From assembly GCA_902774045.1 (NCBI GenBank), contig CACYGW010000001.1, positions 64,070 through 128,069 on the forward strand: DNA of 64,000 nt. The letters run 5' to 3'. The stretch comes from an uncultured Bacteroidia bacterium (GTDB lineage Bacteria; Bacteroidota; Bacteroidia; Bacteroidales; UBA932). The notes beneath the pieces were generated by a model. It worked only from the letters and a program-made list of their open reading frames with translations, was not told the origin of the DNA and searched no databases. The first letter of the stretch is position 1, and the number at the start of each line of letters is the position of its first letter. Both the position numbers and the translations under genes were made by a program. Shown piece by piece: positions 34,334 to 45,920 of this stretch.

Positions 34334-36099
34334 TGAGAATCAAGGTCTTACCTGCAAATGTGGCAAATCTTATAGCCGCCGGCGAGGTGGTTCAGCGTCC
34401 CGCATCGGTAGTAAAGGAACTTATGGAAAACTCCTTTGACGCCGGAGCGGACAATGTTACCGTGGTAATTAAGGACGCGGGAAGAACTCTCATACAGGTA
34501 ATAGACAACGGCTGCGGAATGTCGCCGGAAGAGGCGGAGGTCTGCTTCGAGCGTCACGCCACTTCCAAGATAACAGAGGCCGCAGACCTTGAAAAAATTA
34601 CCACCTACGGCTTCCGTGGCGAGGCCCTTGCCTCAATTGCCGCCGTGGCAGAGATTTCTCTTAAGACAAGAAGAGAAGAAGACGAGGTAGGCTGCTGCGT
34701 AGAATTCGCCGCCTCCGCACACCTTTCCACCACCGCTGCGGCAGCCCCTGTTGGCACAAACATCTCTGTAAGAAATCTATTCTACAATGTTCCAGCAAGG
34801 CGCAAGTTCCTAAAGAGCGACAACGTAGAACTTAAGCACATAATAGAAGAATTCCAGCGCGAGGCCCTTTCTAGGCCCCAGGCCGCCCTTACCCTTATCC
34901 ACAACGACAAAGAGATTATGGTCCTCAAGAAGGCCAAGTCCCTAAAATTCAGGATTCAGGACGTGCTGGGCGCTTCTATGGCAGACCGCCTTGTAGATGT
35001 GCAGACAACCACCAACGTGGTATCCGTAAGCGGCTACGTCTGCCGTCCGGACCAGTCCAGGCGCACCCCCGGAGGCCAGTATTTCTTTATCAATGGACGA
35101 TACTTCCGTAGCGCCTACCTTCACAAGGCCGTGATGAAGGCCTATGAAGATATGATTGCAGAGGGCGCAATCCCTTCCTACGTTATTTTTATGGAAGCCG
35201 CCCCGGATGCCATAGACGTAAACATCCATCCCGCCAAGACAGAAATAAAGTTCCAGGACGAGCCCGTAGTCTTCCAGGTGCTGTATGCCTGCGTAAAGGA
35301 GGCTCTGGGAAAGAACTCCTTCGGGGCATCCATAGACTTTGAAGAGGCGGTGGACCTTCCAGTCTTCAGCAGCAAATACGAGAAATTGCGTAACGATGTC
35401 TTTGCCCCTCAGGTAACCATCGACACAAATTATAATCCCTTCAATTCTTATTCCGCCCCCAGGCATGCCGAGCCCAAACAAGACTACTCCGTTCTTTTTG
35501 AAGAGGAGGCTGCCATTCCTGCCCGGAGCGCCCCTGCCGCCAAAACCATAATTCTGGCCGGCAAGTACGTGGCCACGCAGTCGTCCGGAGGCCTTGTAAT
35601 AGTGAATGTGCGCCGCGCCCGCGAAAGGGTGCTATACGAGCGGCTGCTAAAGTCTCTGTCAGGCAGCGTACATCCCAGCCAGTCCGCGCTGTTCCCGGTA
35701 CAGGTAAGGGTTGGGGCAGACAATATGCAGGTCCTGGAAGAGAATGAAGAACTGCTAAAAAAATGTGGCTTCGACCTTTCGTCCCTTGGCCCGGACACCA
35801 TAGTGGTGAACGGGGTGCCGGACGGGTATTCCTGCGACAGCGCCAAGGTAGAGGCCATGATATCGGATGTGCTCCTGATACTGTCAGAGGGCGTATCGTC
35901 GCTACCCGGAGTGATGGAGTCTTCTATGGCAGAAAAGTTCGCCCGCCTTGGCGCGGCCGACGGAGACCTCCTGCGTTCAGATTACGAGGCGGCCGCCCTG
36001 CTGGAAGCCCTTTTTGCCTGTGAAAACGCAGAATACACCACTTCAGGCAAGAAAATCATAACGGTACTGGGGCCCGATCAACTAGAAAAACTTTTTTAA
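34333..36099 (+). CDS. mutL: DNA mismatch repair protein MutL
   Basis: 588 aa. GHKL ATPase N-terminus (IKVLPANVANLIAAGEVVQRPASVVKELMENSFDAGA, DNGCGM, GFRGEAL). Confidence 0.95.
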   Translation: MRIKVLPANVANLIAAGEVVQRPASVVKELMENSFDAGADNVTVVIKDAGRTLIQVIDNGCGMSPEEAEVCFERHATSKITEAADLEKITTYGFRGEALASIAAVAEISLKTRREEDEVGCCVEFAASAHLSTTAAAAPVGTNISVRNLFYNVPARRKFLKSDNVELKHIIEEFQREALSRPQAALTLIHNDKEIMVLKKAKSLKFRIQDVLGASMADRLVDVQTTTNVVSVSGYVCRPDQSRRTPGGQYFFINGRYFRSAYLHKAVMKAYEDMIAEGAIPSYVIFMEAAPDAIDVNIHPAKTEIKFQDEPVVFQVLYACVKEALGKNSFGASIDFEEAVDLPVFSSKYEKLRNDVFAPQVTIDTNYNPFNSYSAPRHAEPKQDYSVLFEEEAAIPARSAPAAKTIILAGKYVATQSSGGLVIVNVRRARERVLYERLLKSLSGSVHPSQSALFPVQVRVGADNMQVLEENEELLKKCGFDLSSLGPDTIVVNGVPDGYSCDSAKVEAMISDVLLILSEGVSSLPGVMESSMAEKFARLGAADGDLLRSDYEAAALLEALFACENAEYTTSGKKIITVLGPDQLEKLF

Positions 36100-36101
36100 T
36101 T

Positions 36102-36725
36102 ATGTGGAGAAACCTTCCCCCTGTAACTAAGCACCTTATCATAATAAACATCATATTGTTTGTGGCCACTATGGCCAACGAGAACTTTATGATAGGCACC
36201 TTTGCGATGTTTTATCCCGCATCGCAGTTCTTCCGCTTCTGGCAGCCACTGACCTATATGTTTATGCACGGCAGCTTTATGCACATATTTTTTAATATGT
36301 ACTCCCTGTTGCTGTTTGGCTCGGTGATAGAAAGAAACCTGGGTACAAAGAAATATGTATTGTTTTATTTTGCCTCCGGTTTTGGGGCGATGCTGCTCCA
36401 TCTTCTTACCATTCATCTTTTTGGAGGGCCGATGGAGAAGGCGGTTGTGCCTATGCTCGGTGCCTCCGGAGCAATCTACGGCCTGTTCATAGGCTACGCA
36501 ATGCTTAATCCGGATACGGTGCTTACTCTTATCTTCCCTCCCATTTCGCTCAAGGCAAAGTGGATGATGCTCATTTTTGTAGGAATCGAAATACTGGTGG
36601 GCGTGTTCGATACTTCCGACGGCGTGGCACATTTCGCTCACCTTGGAGGAGCCCTGGTGGGCTTTCTGCTAATGTATTTCTGGAAGAAAACAGGTAGAAT
36701 ATGGCTAAGAGACGAATGGGTTTAA
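36102..36725 (+). CDS. Rhomboid-family intramembrane serine protease
   Basis: 207 aa, polytopic. The HxxxN motif (FMHIFFNM), catalytic GASGAIYG and the downstream AHLGG histidine are present. Confidence 0.9.
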   Translation: MWRNLPPVTKHLIIINIILFVATMANENFMIGTFAMFYPASQFFRFWQPLTYMFMHGSFMHIFFNMYSLLLFGSVIERNLGTKKYVLFYFASGFGAMLLHLLTIHLFGGPMEKAVVPMLGASGAIYGLFIGYAMLNPDTVLTLIFPPISLKAKWMMLIFVGIEILVGVFDTSDGVAHFAHLGGALVGFLLMYFWKKTGRIWLRDEWV

Positions 36726-37771
36726 CCGGCTTTACGGCCAGGACTGTTATGATTGGAGCGGCTGGCGCACTTGTGCTCAGCTACTTGTCAATCTTTTGCA
36801 ACCCGGCCAAAGTCTGGTTCATGACCTTGTTCGGCCTTCTTTACCTTCCCTTCCTCATTGTAAACGTAGCCCTTGCAGTATTGGCTATAATTCGCAGTTC
36901 CAAAACCCTTTGGATTCCGGTTCTTGCCCTTCTGCCCTCTCTTTTCATATTTGAAAGGTCAGTTCAGATTTCCGGCTCGTCGGAGGTTCCCGCCCCCGGA
37001 GACATTAAAGTCATAACCTGGAATCTGGACCGCTTTAACAATCTCTCAGCCGGAAAAGCCGCCTGTCAGGATTCTGTTTTCAGGTTCCTGCGTGCCCAGG
37101 ATGCAGATATTATCTGCCTGCAGGAGATGTACATTGCCCCGGGACAATCCATAGAGGAACTCTTTGGAAGGGTATTTCCCTCATACAATCTGGAATACTA
37201 TCTCTTTACCCCCAAAAGCGGCTCCTTCGGCAATGTGACCCTAAGCCGTTTTCCCATTCTTAACAAGGGCAAGATTTCCTTCGAAAACAGCACCAACGTA
37301 GCTATCTACGGAGACTACGACATAGCCTCCGACACCATAAGAATCTACAACTGCCACTTCCAGAGCTACAACATATCCCTGGCCCGCCTGGGAGCCTCCG
37401 TAAAGCGCAAGGGCTCCTCGGAGACCATAAGGGACACGGAGACCAAGATGCGCTCTTCGCTAAGGCTGCGTCCCAAACAGGTAGATGCGGTTATCAAGAG
37501 TATCGGCTCCTGCCCTCTGGATGCCTTTGTGGCAGGGGACTTTAACGATACCCCTATGTCCTATACCTACTGGAAGCTGAGCCGGGGCAGAGACGACTCC
37601 TTCATAACCGCGGGAAAGGGCTTCGGAGAAACCTATTCCTGGCTAAGGCCCCTTCTTAGGATAGACTACCTTCTTTGCCCGCGCAGCCTGAGGGCGATAT
37701 CGCACAAGGTGGAAAACGTAAATTATTCTGACCATTATCCTGTAATTGCAACATTCAGAAAAAATGATTGA
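36701..37771 (+). CDS. Endonuclease/exonuclease/phosphatase (EEP) family membrane protein
   Basis: 356 aa. N-terminal transmembrane helices, then EEP motifs (VITWNL, ICLQEM, GDFNDTP, SDHYPV). It overlaps the rhomboid gene by 25 nt. Confidence 0.85.
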   Translation: MAKRRMGLTGFTARTVMIGAAGALVLSYLSIFCNPAKVWFMTLFGLLYLPFLIVNVALAVLAIIRSSKTLWIPVLALLPSLFIFERSVQISGSSEVPAPGDIKVITWNLDRFNNLSAGKAACQDSVFRFLRAQDADIICLQEMYIAPGQSIEELFGRVFPSYNLEYYLFTPKSGSFGNVTLSRFPILNKGKISFENSTNVAIYGDYDIASDTIRIYNCHFQSYNISLARLGASVKRKGSSETIRDTETKMRSSLRLRPKQVDAVIKSIGSCPLDAFVAGDFNDTPMSYTYWKLSRGRDDSFITAGKGFGETYSWLRPLLRIDYLLCPRSLRAISHKVENVNYSDHYPVIATFRKND

Positions 37772-38384
37772 TATAGACAAAGTTATTAGGGAGGCCGTGG
37801 CAGTGCTGGGCCGCGGAGGAATAATCCTCTATCCCACAGATACAGTCTGGGGCCTTGGCTGCGATGCCACCAACCCCCTTGCGGTAGAAAAGATATACAG
37901 CATAAAGAAAAGGGCAGACAGCAAGGCCCTGGTCCTTCTGGCATCCAGCCTGGAGATGGTGGCAAGATACGTCAAGGACATCCCGGAGATGGCCGCCCAG
38001 CTCGTGGAGGTAAACGACTCTCCTATGACAATTGTTTATCCCCAGGGCATTTGCGCCAAGCCCTCGCAGGACGGCAAAGAGCCTGTTGCAGACAGGCATT
38101 TTCTGGCCCGCAATGTAGTGGCAGAAGACGGTTCCGTGGCAATCCGCGTTCCTATGAGCGAGTTCTGCCGCAATCTTGCCTACAAATTAGGGCGCCCGGT
38201 TGTGTCAACATCGGCCAACATATCAGGGATGCCGTCGGCCAAAAAGTTCCGGGAGATACCGGAAGAAATAGTGGCTGCCGTAGATTACGTGGTACCCGCT
38301 TCACTTGATAAAGAGGCCACGGGCCTGCCCTCACAGATAATAAGGGTAGAACTGGACGGCCAGGTTAAAATCATCAGGGCATAA
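37764..38384 (+). CDS. tsaC: L-threonylcarbamoyladenylate synthase (YrdC/Sua5 family)
   Basis: ~206 aa from the ATG at 37764. GGIILYPTDTVWGLGCDA and VSTSANISG are YrdC-domain motifs. The ORF-track start at 37746 is a TTG. Confidence 0.88.
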   Translation: MIDIDKVIREAVAVLGRGGIILYPTDTVWGLGCDATNPLAVEKIYSIKKRADSKALVLLASSLEMVARYVKDIPEMAAQLVEVNDSPMTIVYPQGICAKPSQDGKEPVADRHFLARNVVAEDGSVAIRVPMSEFCRNLAYKLGRPVVSTSANISGMPSAKKFREIPEEIVAAVDYVVPASLDKEATGLPSQIIRVELDGQVKIIRA

Positions 38385-39109
38385 TGGAGATTTTTTTCAG
38401 TGACGATATTGCAGCTTCCTCGCTGCGGCTTCCTCCGGAAGAATCGGCCCACTGCGCCAAGGTGCTCCGCCGCCGCGCAGGGGACGTAATAGAGGTTATC
38501 GACGGGGAAGGGACACTGTACAAGTGTACTATCGTGGACGATAATCCAAGGGGCGTAGAGGCTGCCATAGATGAAAGGATTCCCGGATGGAATTCCCATC
38601 CATACCATCTTACCCTTGCCGTATGTCCCACAAAAAACAACGACAGGTACGAGTGGTTTGCCCAGAAGGCCGTGGAGTTTGGGGTAGACTGCATAGCGCC
38701 CGTGATAGGGGAGAGGTCGGAGCGTAAGGTATTCAAGACGGAAAGAATTCAGAAAATAGCCCTGTCGGCCGCCAAACAATCCCTAAAGGCCAGGCTTCCA
38801 CAGATTCCGGAACCTCTGACCGTGAAGGAGTTCATTAAGCGGACAGCATCCGGCGAGTCTCTTAAACTAATCGCCTATTGCTTCGAGGACGAGACTCATC
38901 CCCGTCAAAGCATAAAGGAGGTGCTTAAAGCCCACAGCTGCCAGAAGGAAATCATTGTCCTGGTAGGGCCGGAAGGGGATTTTTCCCCGCAGGAGGCAAA
39001 GGAGGCCATAGAGGCAGGGTATGTGCCCGTTCATCTTGGGGCCTCCCGCCTAAGGACAGAGACGGCCGGCATAGCAGCAGCCGCCGCAGTTTATTTTGAA
39101 TATTTGTAA
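38384..39109 (+). CDS. rsmE: 16S rRNA (uracil1498-N3)-methyltransferase
   Basis: 241 aa. An N-terminal PUA-like region with HCAKVLRRRAGD. The C-terminal SPOUT knot region LVGPEGDFSPQE ... LGASRLRTETA. Confidence 0.9.
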   Translation: MEIFFSDDIAASSLRLPPEESAHCAKVLRRRAGDVIEVIDGEGTLYKCTIVDDNPRGVEAAIDERIPGWNSHPYHLTLAVCPTKNNDRYEWFAQKAVEFGVDCIAPVIGERSERKVFKTERIQKIALSAAKQSLKARLPQIPEPLTVKEFIKRTASGESLKLIAYCFEDETHPRQSIKEVLKAHSCQKEIIVLVGPEGDFSPQEAKEAIEAGYVPVHLGASRLRTETAGIAAAAAVYFEYL

Positions 39110-39121
39110 ACCAAGGATAAA

Positions 39122-40258
39122 ATGAAAAGATACCTTTCACTGGATGTTCTAAGAGGTCTTACCGTGGCCTTTATGTGCATCGTAAATAACCCAGGAAGCT
39201 GGGGCCATGTATTCCCTCCGCTGCTTCACGCCAAGTGGACCGGTTGCACTCCCACGGACCTTGTCTATCCCTTCTTCCTTTTCTGTGCCGGCTGTGCAAT
39301 GGCCTTCTCCTTTGCCAAGTTCGAAGGACTTGAGCCCGGTGCGGTAAAGAAAATTATCAGAAGGGGTATTCTTATCTTTATCGTGGGCCTGCTTTGCAAT
39401 ATGTTCCCGTTCTTCCCTATGTCCCCACACGATGCCAACGCCTCCTTTGGCGAGAACTGGATTTATTGGATAGGGCACGTAAGGATATTCGGCGTACTAC
39501 AGCGTATAGGCCTGGCCTATATGATAGCCGGCCTTGTGGCTATGTGGCTGCGCTGCCCCAAAAAGATACTGGCAGCCATAGGCGTGTTGTCGGTAGTTTA
39601 TACGCTGATACTTCTTGTATTTGGCAGCGAGCCCGGTGCCTTTACGTTGGAAGGGAACATCTCCGGTAAGATAGACCTTGCCCTTGTGGGCGATAATCAC
39701 GTCTATCACGGTTACAGGGATGCCGCCGGAAACGCCTATCCCTTCGATCCCGAAGGCCTTCTTGGCGCGCTTATGGGGGCCTGCACCGCCCTGCTGGGCT
39801 TCATAGTGGGCACAACCATACGCCAGGCCAAGACCTCTCCCACAGGCAAGGTGCTGGTATGGGGCATGCTTAGCCTTGCCTTCTCCCAGATTCTAAGCAT
39901 CTGGATTCCCATCTCCAAGCCTCTGTGGTCTGTATCCTATGTCTTCCTTGCAGGAGGGTGGGCAATGGCCGTTCTGGGAGTGCTTATGTATTTTATAGAC
40001 GACAAGGGGGTTACAAGACCGTTTACAATGTTCAAGATTATGGGTACCAACGCCCTTACGGCCTTTGTTATGTCCGCCGTCATCTCCAAGGTGTTCAGGC
40101 TGGCAGGCGTAAGTCCTTCCAATATGTTTAACATCGGGGATGTTAATTTCTTTGGATTTAACGAGTTTACCTCCCTCGCCTGGGCGCTTATATTCATGAT
40201 GATAATCTTCTCTATCCAGTACGCCCTTTATAGGAAGAAGATAATAATTAAACTATAG
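39122..40258 (+). CDS. Heparan-alpha-glucosaminide N-acetyltransferase-like (DUF5009/DUF1624) membrane acyltransferase
   Basis: 378 aa, polytopic. The N-terminal RYLSLDVLRGLTVAFMCIVNNPGSW ... PTDLVYPFFLF matches the HGSNAT/COG4299 family as I remember it. Confidence 0.7.
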   Translation: MKRYLSLDVLRGLTVAFMCIVNNPGSWGHVFPPLLHAKWTGCTPTDLVYPFFLFCAGCAMAFSFAKFEGLEPGAVKKIIRRGILIFIVGLLCNMFPFFPMSPHDANASFGENWIYWIGHVRIFGVLQRIGLAYMIAGLVAMWLRCPKKILAAIGVLSVVYTLILLVFGSEPGAFTLEGNISGKIDLALVGDNHVYHGYRDAAGNAYPFDPEGLLGALMGACTALLGFIVGTTIRQAKTSPTGKVLVWGMLSLAFSQILSIWIPISKPLWSVSYVFLAGGWAMAVLGVLMYFIDDKGVTRPFTMFKIMGTNALTAFVMSAVISKVFRLAGVSPSNMFNIGDVNFFGFNEFTSLAWALIFMMIIFSIQYALYRKKIIIKL

Positions 40259-40268
40259 AAACAGCCCC

Positions 40269-40760
40269 GTGAAAATAGGAGTAATATCGGACACGCACGG
40301 CGTATTTAGCCAGGAGTTCAGAGACTTCCTTGCTCCCGTAGACCAGATCTGGCACGCGGGAGACTTCGGGGGCGGGCTGGACTTTGTAAAGACAATAAGC
40401 CGCTTTAAGCCCCTGGTGGGGGTCTACGGCAACTGCGACGCCCAGGAAATCCGCTTCGAGTGCCCCCTTGTGCAGCTTTTTAACTGCGAGGGAGCCAAGG
40501 TCCTTATTACTCATATTGGCGGCCATCCGGGGAAATATCCCCTAAATATTGCCGCTATGCTGGATGTGCACAAGCCGGATATTTTTGTATGCGGGCACTC
40601 CCACATACTTAGGGTAGAGTTCGATACTAAATACAATACCCTCTTTGTTAATCCCGGCGCGGCCGGCCTTCAGGGCTGGCAGATAGAGCGCACCGCCCTA
40701 AGGTTCGACCTTAAGGACGGAAAGCCTTCCGGAATGGAGGTCTTCCGTCTGCCAAGATAA
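40269..40760 (+). CDS. YfcE/MJ0936-type metallophosphoesterase
   Basis: 163 aa with a GTG start. Motifs DTHG, HAGD, GNCD, GHSH in the canonical order. Confidence 0.85.
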   Translation: MKIGVISDTHGVFSQEFRDFLAPVDQIWHAGDFGGGLDFVKTISRFKPLVGVYGNCDAQEIRFECPLVQLFNCEGAKVLITHIGGHPGKYPLNIAAMLDVHKPDIFVCGHSHILRVEFDTKYNTLFVNPGAAGLQGWQIERTALRFDLKDGKPSGMEVFRLPR

Positions 40761-40764
40761 AGCT

Positions 40765-41712
40765 ATGAGTAAGGAAGCAACAGTAGTAATGAATGCCGGC
40801 AGCCATTATTTATTGTCGGAACTGCCGCAGTGGGCCCCTTTCCCGGCCGTGCTGCGCGGTAAAATAAGACTTGGTAAGGGCGCGGCCACCAATCCAGTAG
40901 CCGTTGGGGACCGGGTGACCTTCGTCCTGCCTGAGGGCGGGGAGGCCAGCCTCTCCAATCCTGCTTCCATAGCGGAGGTGCTGCCCAGAAAGAACTACGT
41001 CATACGCCGCTCTACCAACCTGTCGCGCCAAAATCACATTATAGCCGCCAACCTGGACAGGGCCTACATCGTTGTGTCCCTGTATTTCCCAGAGGTCAAG
41101 CTGCCCTTCCTGGACAGGATTCTGGTAACCTGCGAGGTTTACGGAATACCGGCGACCATCGTCCTAAATAAAATAGATTTATACAAAAGCGAAGCGGCCC
41201 AGTGGGTGAGCGACTTCCATAAAATCTACGAGTCTGCAGGCTATCCGGTGATGGAGACTTCTACTCTTACCTGGGAGGGCGTAGATGCCCTCAGGGAGGA
41301 CTGCAATGGCCGCATCTGCCTTTTCTCCGGGGAATCGGGGGTGGGGAAGTCGTCGCTCATAAAGGCCCTGGATCCTTCTCTGAATCCCAAGGTGGGGGCT
41401 ATATCCACGGCTCATCTTCAGGGCCGCCACACAACCTCCCTCTACGAGATGTATCCTCTTTCTTCCGGCGGTTATATCATTGATTCCCCGGGCCTTAGGG
41501 GCTTCGGGCTGGTGAGCCTGGAAAAAGAAGAAATTGCCAAATACTTCCCGGAAATGCTGGAACTGTCTCAGCATTGCCGGTTCGTGCCCTGCACCCATAC
41601 TCACGAGCCTGGCTGCGCGGTAAAGGAGGCCCTGGAAAACGGTTCTCTGAGCCCTGAGCGCTATAATTCCTATCTTGGAATGTTGCAGGACGACACAAAA
41701 TTCAGACTCTGA
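40765..41712 (+). CDS. rsgA: Ribosome small-subunit-dependent GTPase A
   Basis: 315 aa. An OB-fold N-terminus, the circularly permuted GTPase (VLNKIDL ... GESGVGKSSL), and a C-terminal zinc motif CRFVPCTHTHEPGCAV. Confidence 0.93.
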   Translation: MSKEATVVMNAGSHYLLSELPQWAPFPAVLRGKIRLGKGAATNPVAVGDRVTFVLPEGGEASLSNPASIAEVLPRKNYVIRRSTNLSRQNHIIAANLDRAYIVVSLYFPEVKLPFLDRILVTCEVYGIPATIVLNKIDLYKSEAAQWVSDFHKIYESAGYPVMETSTLTWEGVDALREDCNGRICLFSGESGVGKSSLIKALDPSLNPKVGAISTAHLQGRHTTSLYEMYPLSSGGYIIDSPGLRGFGLVSLEKEEIAKYFPEMLELSQHCRFVPCTHTHEPGCAVKEALENGSLSPERYNSYLGMLQDDTKFRL

Positions 41713-41742
41713 TATTTATTTGGGTTAATTAGAATAGATTTG

Positions 41743-41750
41743 TATCTTTG
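41743..41750 (+). promoter_or_regulatory. ATP synthase operon promoter: -7 box TATCTTTG with upstream TTTG (-33)
   Basis: Exact TAnnTTTG 22 nt upstream of the atpD ATG (41772). A TTTG lies at 41719-41722, 20 nt upstream of the box, matching the Bacteroides -33/-7 arrangement. Confidence 0.6.
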
Positions 41751-41762
41751 TAAACTGAGTAA

Positions 41763-43289
<1,527 letters not shown>

Positions 43290-43292
43290 TTT

Positions 43293-43541
43293 ATGGCAGA
43301 CATCCACCTTTATATTCTTTCTCCTCAGGAGGTACTTGCAGACCTGCAGGTGGGCACCGTATTCCTGCCCGGCACGGTGAGCCCTTTCCAGGTGCTGCCA
43401 GGCCACGCAGCTATGGTTACCTCCCTTGATAAAGGTGCTGTCCGCTACACTTCAGCAGCCGGCGAAGAAGGTTCAGTGGAAATTTCTTCCGGCTTTGCCA
43501 AGATTATGGACGATGAAGTAGTAGTTTGCGTAGAAAAATGA
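43293..43541 (+). CDS. atpC: F1 ATP synthase epsilon subunit (short form)
   Basis: 82 aa, directly after atpD. Beta-sandwich-like sequence (FLPGTVSPFQVLPGHAAMVTSL). There is no C-terminal helical extension. Confidence 0.8.
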   Translation: MADIHLYILSPQEVLADLQVGTVFLPGTVSPFQVLPGHAAMVTSLDKGAVRYTSAAGEEGSVEISSGFAKIMDDEVVVCVEK

Positions 43542-44563
43542 GACTGAGGCTATTCATATGGTTCTTTTTTGCCGCTCTTGCCCTTGGAGCCGCCCCGCTC
43601 GGGGCTCAGGAAACCGGGAAGCAGGAGGAGTGGAGCGTGCCGGAGGTAATATTCGGGCACATAGGAGACGCGTATGAGTGGCACATAGCAGACTTTGGCG
43701 CAACCAAGGTCGCAATACATCTGCCTGTAATACTTTACAGCGGCAAGAGCGGTTGGCATATTTTCTCTTCTTCCCGCCTGGAGGAAGCAGAGTACAGGGG
43801 CTTCCATATAGACCCGGAAAGCGGCAAAATAGTGGATTCGGACGGGGAACGCCCCCTGGACCTTTCCATTACCAAGAACGTGGTTTCTCTGATGATAAGT
43901 GCCATTTTGCTTCTGGCCGTGTTCCTGCTTACCGCAAGATGGTACAGGAGGCACGATGTCCTTAGGGAAAAGCCCACGGGAATAGCGGCCTACGTAGAGC
44001 CCATAGTAATGATGGTGCACGGGATAGCGCGTGACAGCATAGGAGAGAAGGACTACCGCAGGTATTCTCCCTTCCTATGTATGGCGTTTTTCTTCATACT
44101 GCTAAACAACTTCCTGGGAATCATACCTTTCTTCCCCGGAGGAGCCAATGTGACGGGCAATATAGCGGTAACAATGGTACTTGCCATCTGCACATTCCTT
44201 GCAGTGAACCTTTTTGGAAACAAGCACTACTTCAAGGAGATTTTCTGCCCGGACGTGCCAGGCTTCCTTAAGCCCATAATGCCCATAATAGAGGTATTCA
44301 GCGCCATAATGAAGCCAATCTCGCTTACCATAAGGCTCTTTGCCAATATGATGGCCGGTCACATACTTATTCTGGCCCTTGTGTGCGTTATCTTCATCGT
44401 GGCCAAGTACGGAGCGGTGCTGTTTGGGGCCATGAGCGTGGTATCCGTGCTTTTTGGAGTATTCTGCGACATGCTGGAATGCCTTGTGGCCTTTATACAG
44501 GCCTATGTGTTCACAATGTTAAGCGCAATTTATATAGGATTGTCAAGGCCTAAGGCTCATTGA
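43538..44563 (+). CDS. atpB: F0 ATP synthase a subunit
   Basis: ~341 aa from the ATG at 43538, which overlaps the atpC stop as ATGA. The C-terminal helices carry the conserved Arg region (LTIRLFANMMAGH). The N-terminus has a signal-like extension. Confidence 0.88.
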   Translation: MRLRLFIWFFFAALALGAAPLGAQETGKQEEWSVPEVIFGHIGDAYEWHIADFGATKVAIHLPVILYSGKSGWHIFSSSRLEEAEYRGFHIDPESGKIVDSDGERPLDLSITKNVVSLMISAILLLAVFLLTARWYRRHDVLREKPTGIAAYVEPIVMMVHGIARDSIGEKDYRRYSPFLCMAFFFILLNNFLGIIPFFPGGANVTGNIAVTMVLAICTFLAVNLFGNKHYFKEIFCPDVPGFLKPIMPIIEVFSAIMKPISLTIRLFANMMAGHILILALVCVIFIVAKYGAVLFGAMSVVSVLFGVFCDMLECLVAFIQAYVFTMLSAIYIGLSRPKAH

Positions 44564-44601
44564 CGGTAAAAGACAATATAAACAACTAAAATAAAGTAAT
44601 T

Positions 44602-44856
44602 ATGATTAGTGCATTTCTTCTTCAAGTAGCGGCTAATGCCGTGTTGGGCAAAGTGGCCGCCGCCTTTGGCGCAGCCTTGGCCGCATTTGCAGCCGGATTC
44701 GGTATTGGTAAAATTGGCCGTTCCGCAATGGAGGCTATGGCCCGTCAGCCAGAGGCTGCAGGCGACCTTCGCAGTGGAATGATTATCGCCGCCGGTATGA
44801 TAGAGGGCGCAGCCCTTTTTGCAATCATTGTTTGTCTGCTGACCATATTCCTGTAG
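44602..44856 (+). CDS. atpE: F0 ATP synthase c subunit
   Basis: 84 aa, a two-helix hairpin with a MARQPE polar loop and the ion-binding Glu in IEGAALFAII. Confidence 0.93.
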   Translation: MISAFLLQVAANAVLGKVAAAFGAALAAFAAGFGIGKIGRSAMEAMARQPEAAGDLRSGMIIAAGMIEGAALFAIIVCLLTIFL

Positions 44857-44860
44857 AAAG

Positions 44861-45358
44861 ATGAATCTGGTTACTCCCGATGTCGGGCTTCTTTTCTGGA
44901 CTGTCATAATCTTTGCCATTGTCCTGGCTATTTTGTGGAAATACGGTTTCCCAATGATTACAGGAATGGTAGAGAAAAGGGCAGACTATATAGATGAGTC
45001 CCTGCGTCAGGCTAGGGAGGCCGAGGACAGGATGAAGGGTCTGGCCCAGGAGCAACAGAAGCTTTTGGACGATACTTCCCGCCAGCAGAGCGAGATGCTG
45101 CGGGAAGCGGCAAAGACCCGCGACAGCATAATACAACAAGCCCGGGAAGAGGCTCGCAAGCAATCCGAGGACCTTATAGAAAAGGCCAGGATAGAGATTG
45201 CCGCAGAAAAAGAGAGCGCAATGCGGGATATCCGCCGCGATGTGGCCCGCCTGTCCGTGCAGATTGCAGAAAAGCTTCTGCGGGAAGAACTTTCTCCCGA
45301 GCATAAAAAGGCCGAGTACCTTGACAAGGTTCTTGACGAAGTTCAGACTAACAAATGA
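44861..45358 (+). CDS. atpF: F0 ATP synthase b subunit
   Basis: 165 aa with one N-terminal TM helix, then a long charged coiled-coil (E/R/K/Q rich). Its position is between atpE and atpH. Confidence 0.88.
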   Translation: MNLVTPDVGLLFWTVIIFAIVLAILWKYGFPMITGMVEKRADYIDESLRQAREAEDRMKGLAQEQQKLLDDTSRQQSEMLREAAKTRDSIIQQAREEARKQSEDLIEKARIEIAAEKESAMRDIRRDVARLSVQIAEKLLREELSPEHKKAEYLDKVLDEVQTNK

Positions 45359-45909
45359 ATACCGGAATCATAGCTTCCAGATACGCCGCCGCACTTTATA
45401 AGTGGACAGAGAACAGCCCTTTGGCCGGGACCATATGCTCCCAGGCCGGGATGCTTGTGAAAGCTCTGTCCCTGCAAAAACTGCGGGACGCCCTGAGCGA
45501 CGATGCCCTCTCCTCCTCACAGAAGCTTTCTCTTCTGGAGGCGGCCCTGCATCCGGAGGCTATGGACCCGCAATTAAAGAAGTTCCTGCTACTGGTAGAG
45601 TCTAACGGCCGAATGGACGAGCTGCGTTTCATCCTCATTGCCTTCCGAAACCTTTATTACAAGAAAAAGAACATTCATTTTGCCAAAGTAGTGACGGCCG
45701 GGCCCTCATCCGCCCACATCCGCGACAGGATTTGCAGCGTGGCGGCTTATGCCGTGTCAGGCAAAATAGAATTGGAAGAGATCGTAGATCCTTCGCTCCT
45801 TGGCGGAGTGGTGGTAGAAGTTGATGGTCTAAGGATGGATGCCAGCGTACGTAGCGCCCTTGCAACCATAGGCCGGGAATACGAAGAAAAGAACAAGCGA
45901 ATTATTTAA
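45355..45909 (+). CDS. atpH: F1 ATP synthase delta (OSCP) subunit
   Basis: 184 aa. ATGA overlap with atpF. The C-terminal [22 protein letters not shown] is typical of OSCP/delta. Confidence 0.88.
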   Translation: MNTGIIASRYAAALYKWTENSPLAGTICSQAGMLVKALSLQKLRDALSDDALSSSQKLSLLEAALHPEAMDPQLKKFLLLVESNGRMDELRFILIAFRNLYYKKKNIHFAKVVTAGPSSAHIRDRICSVAAYAVSGKIELEEIVDPSLLGGVVVEVDGLRMDASVRSALATIGREYEEKNKRII

Positions 45910-45920
45910 AGCTGTCAATA

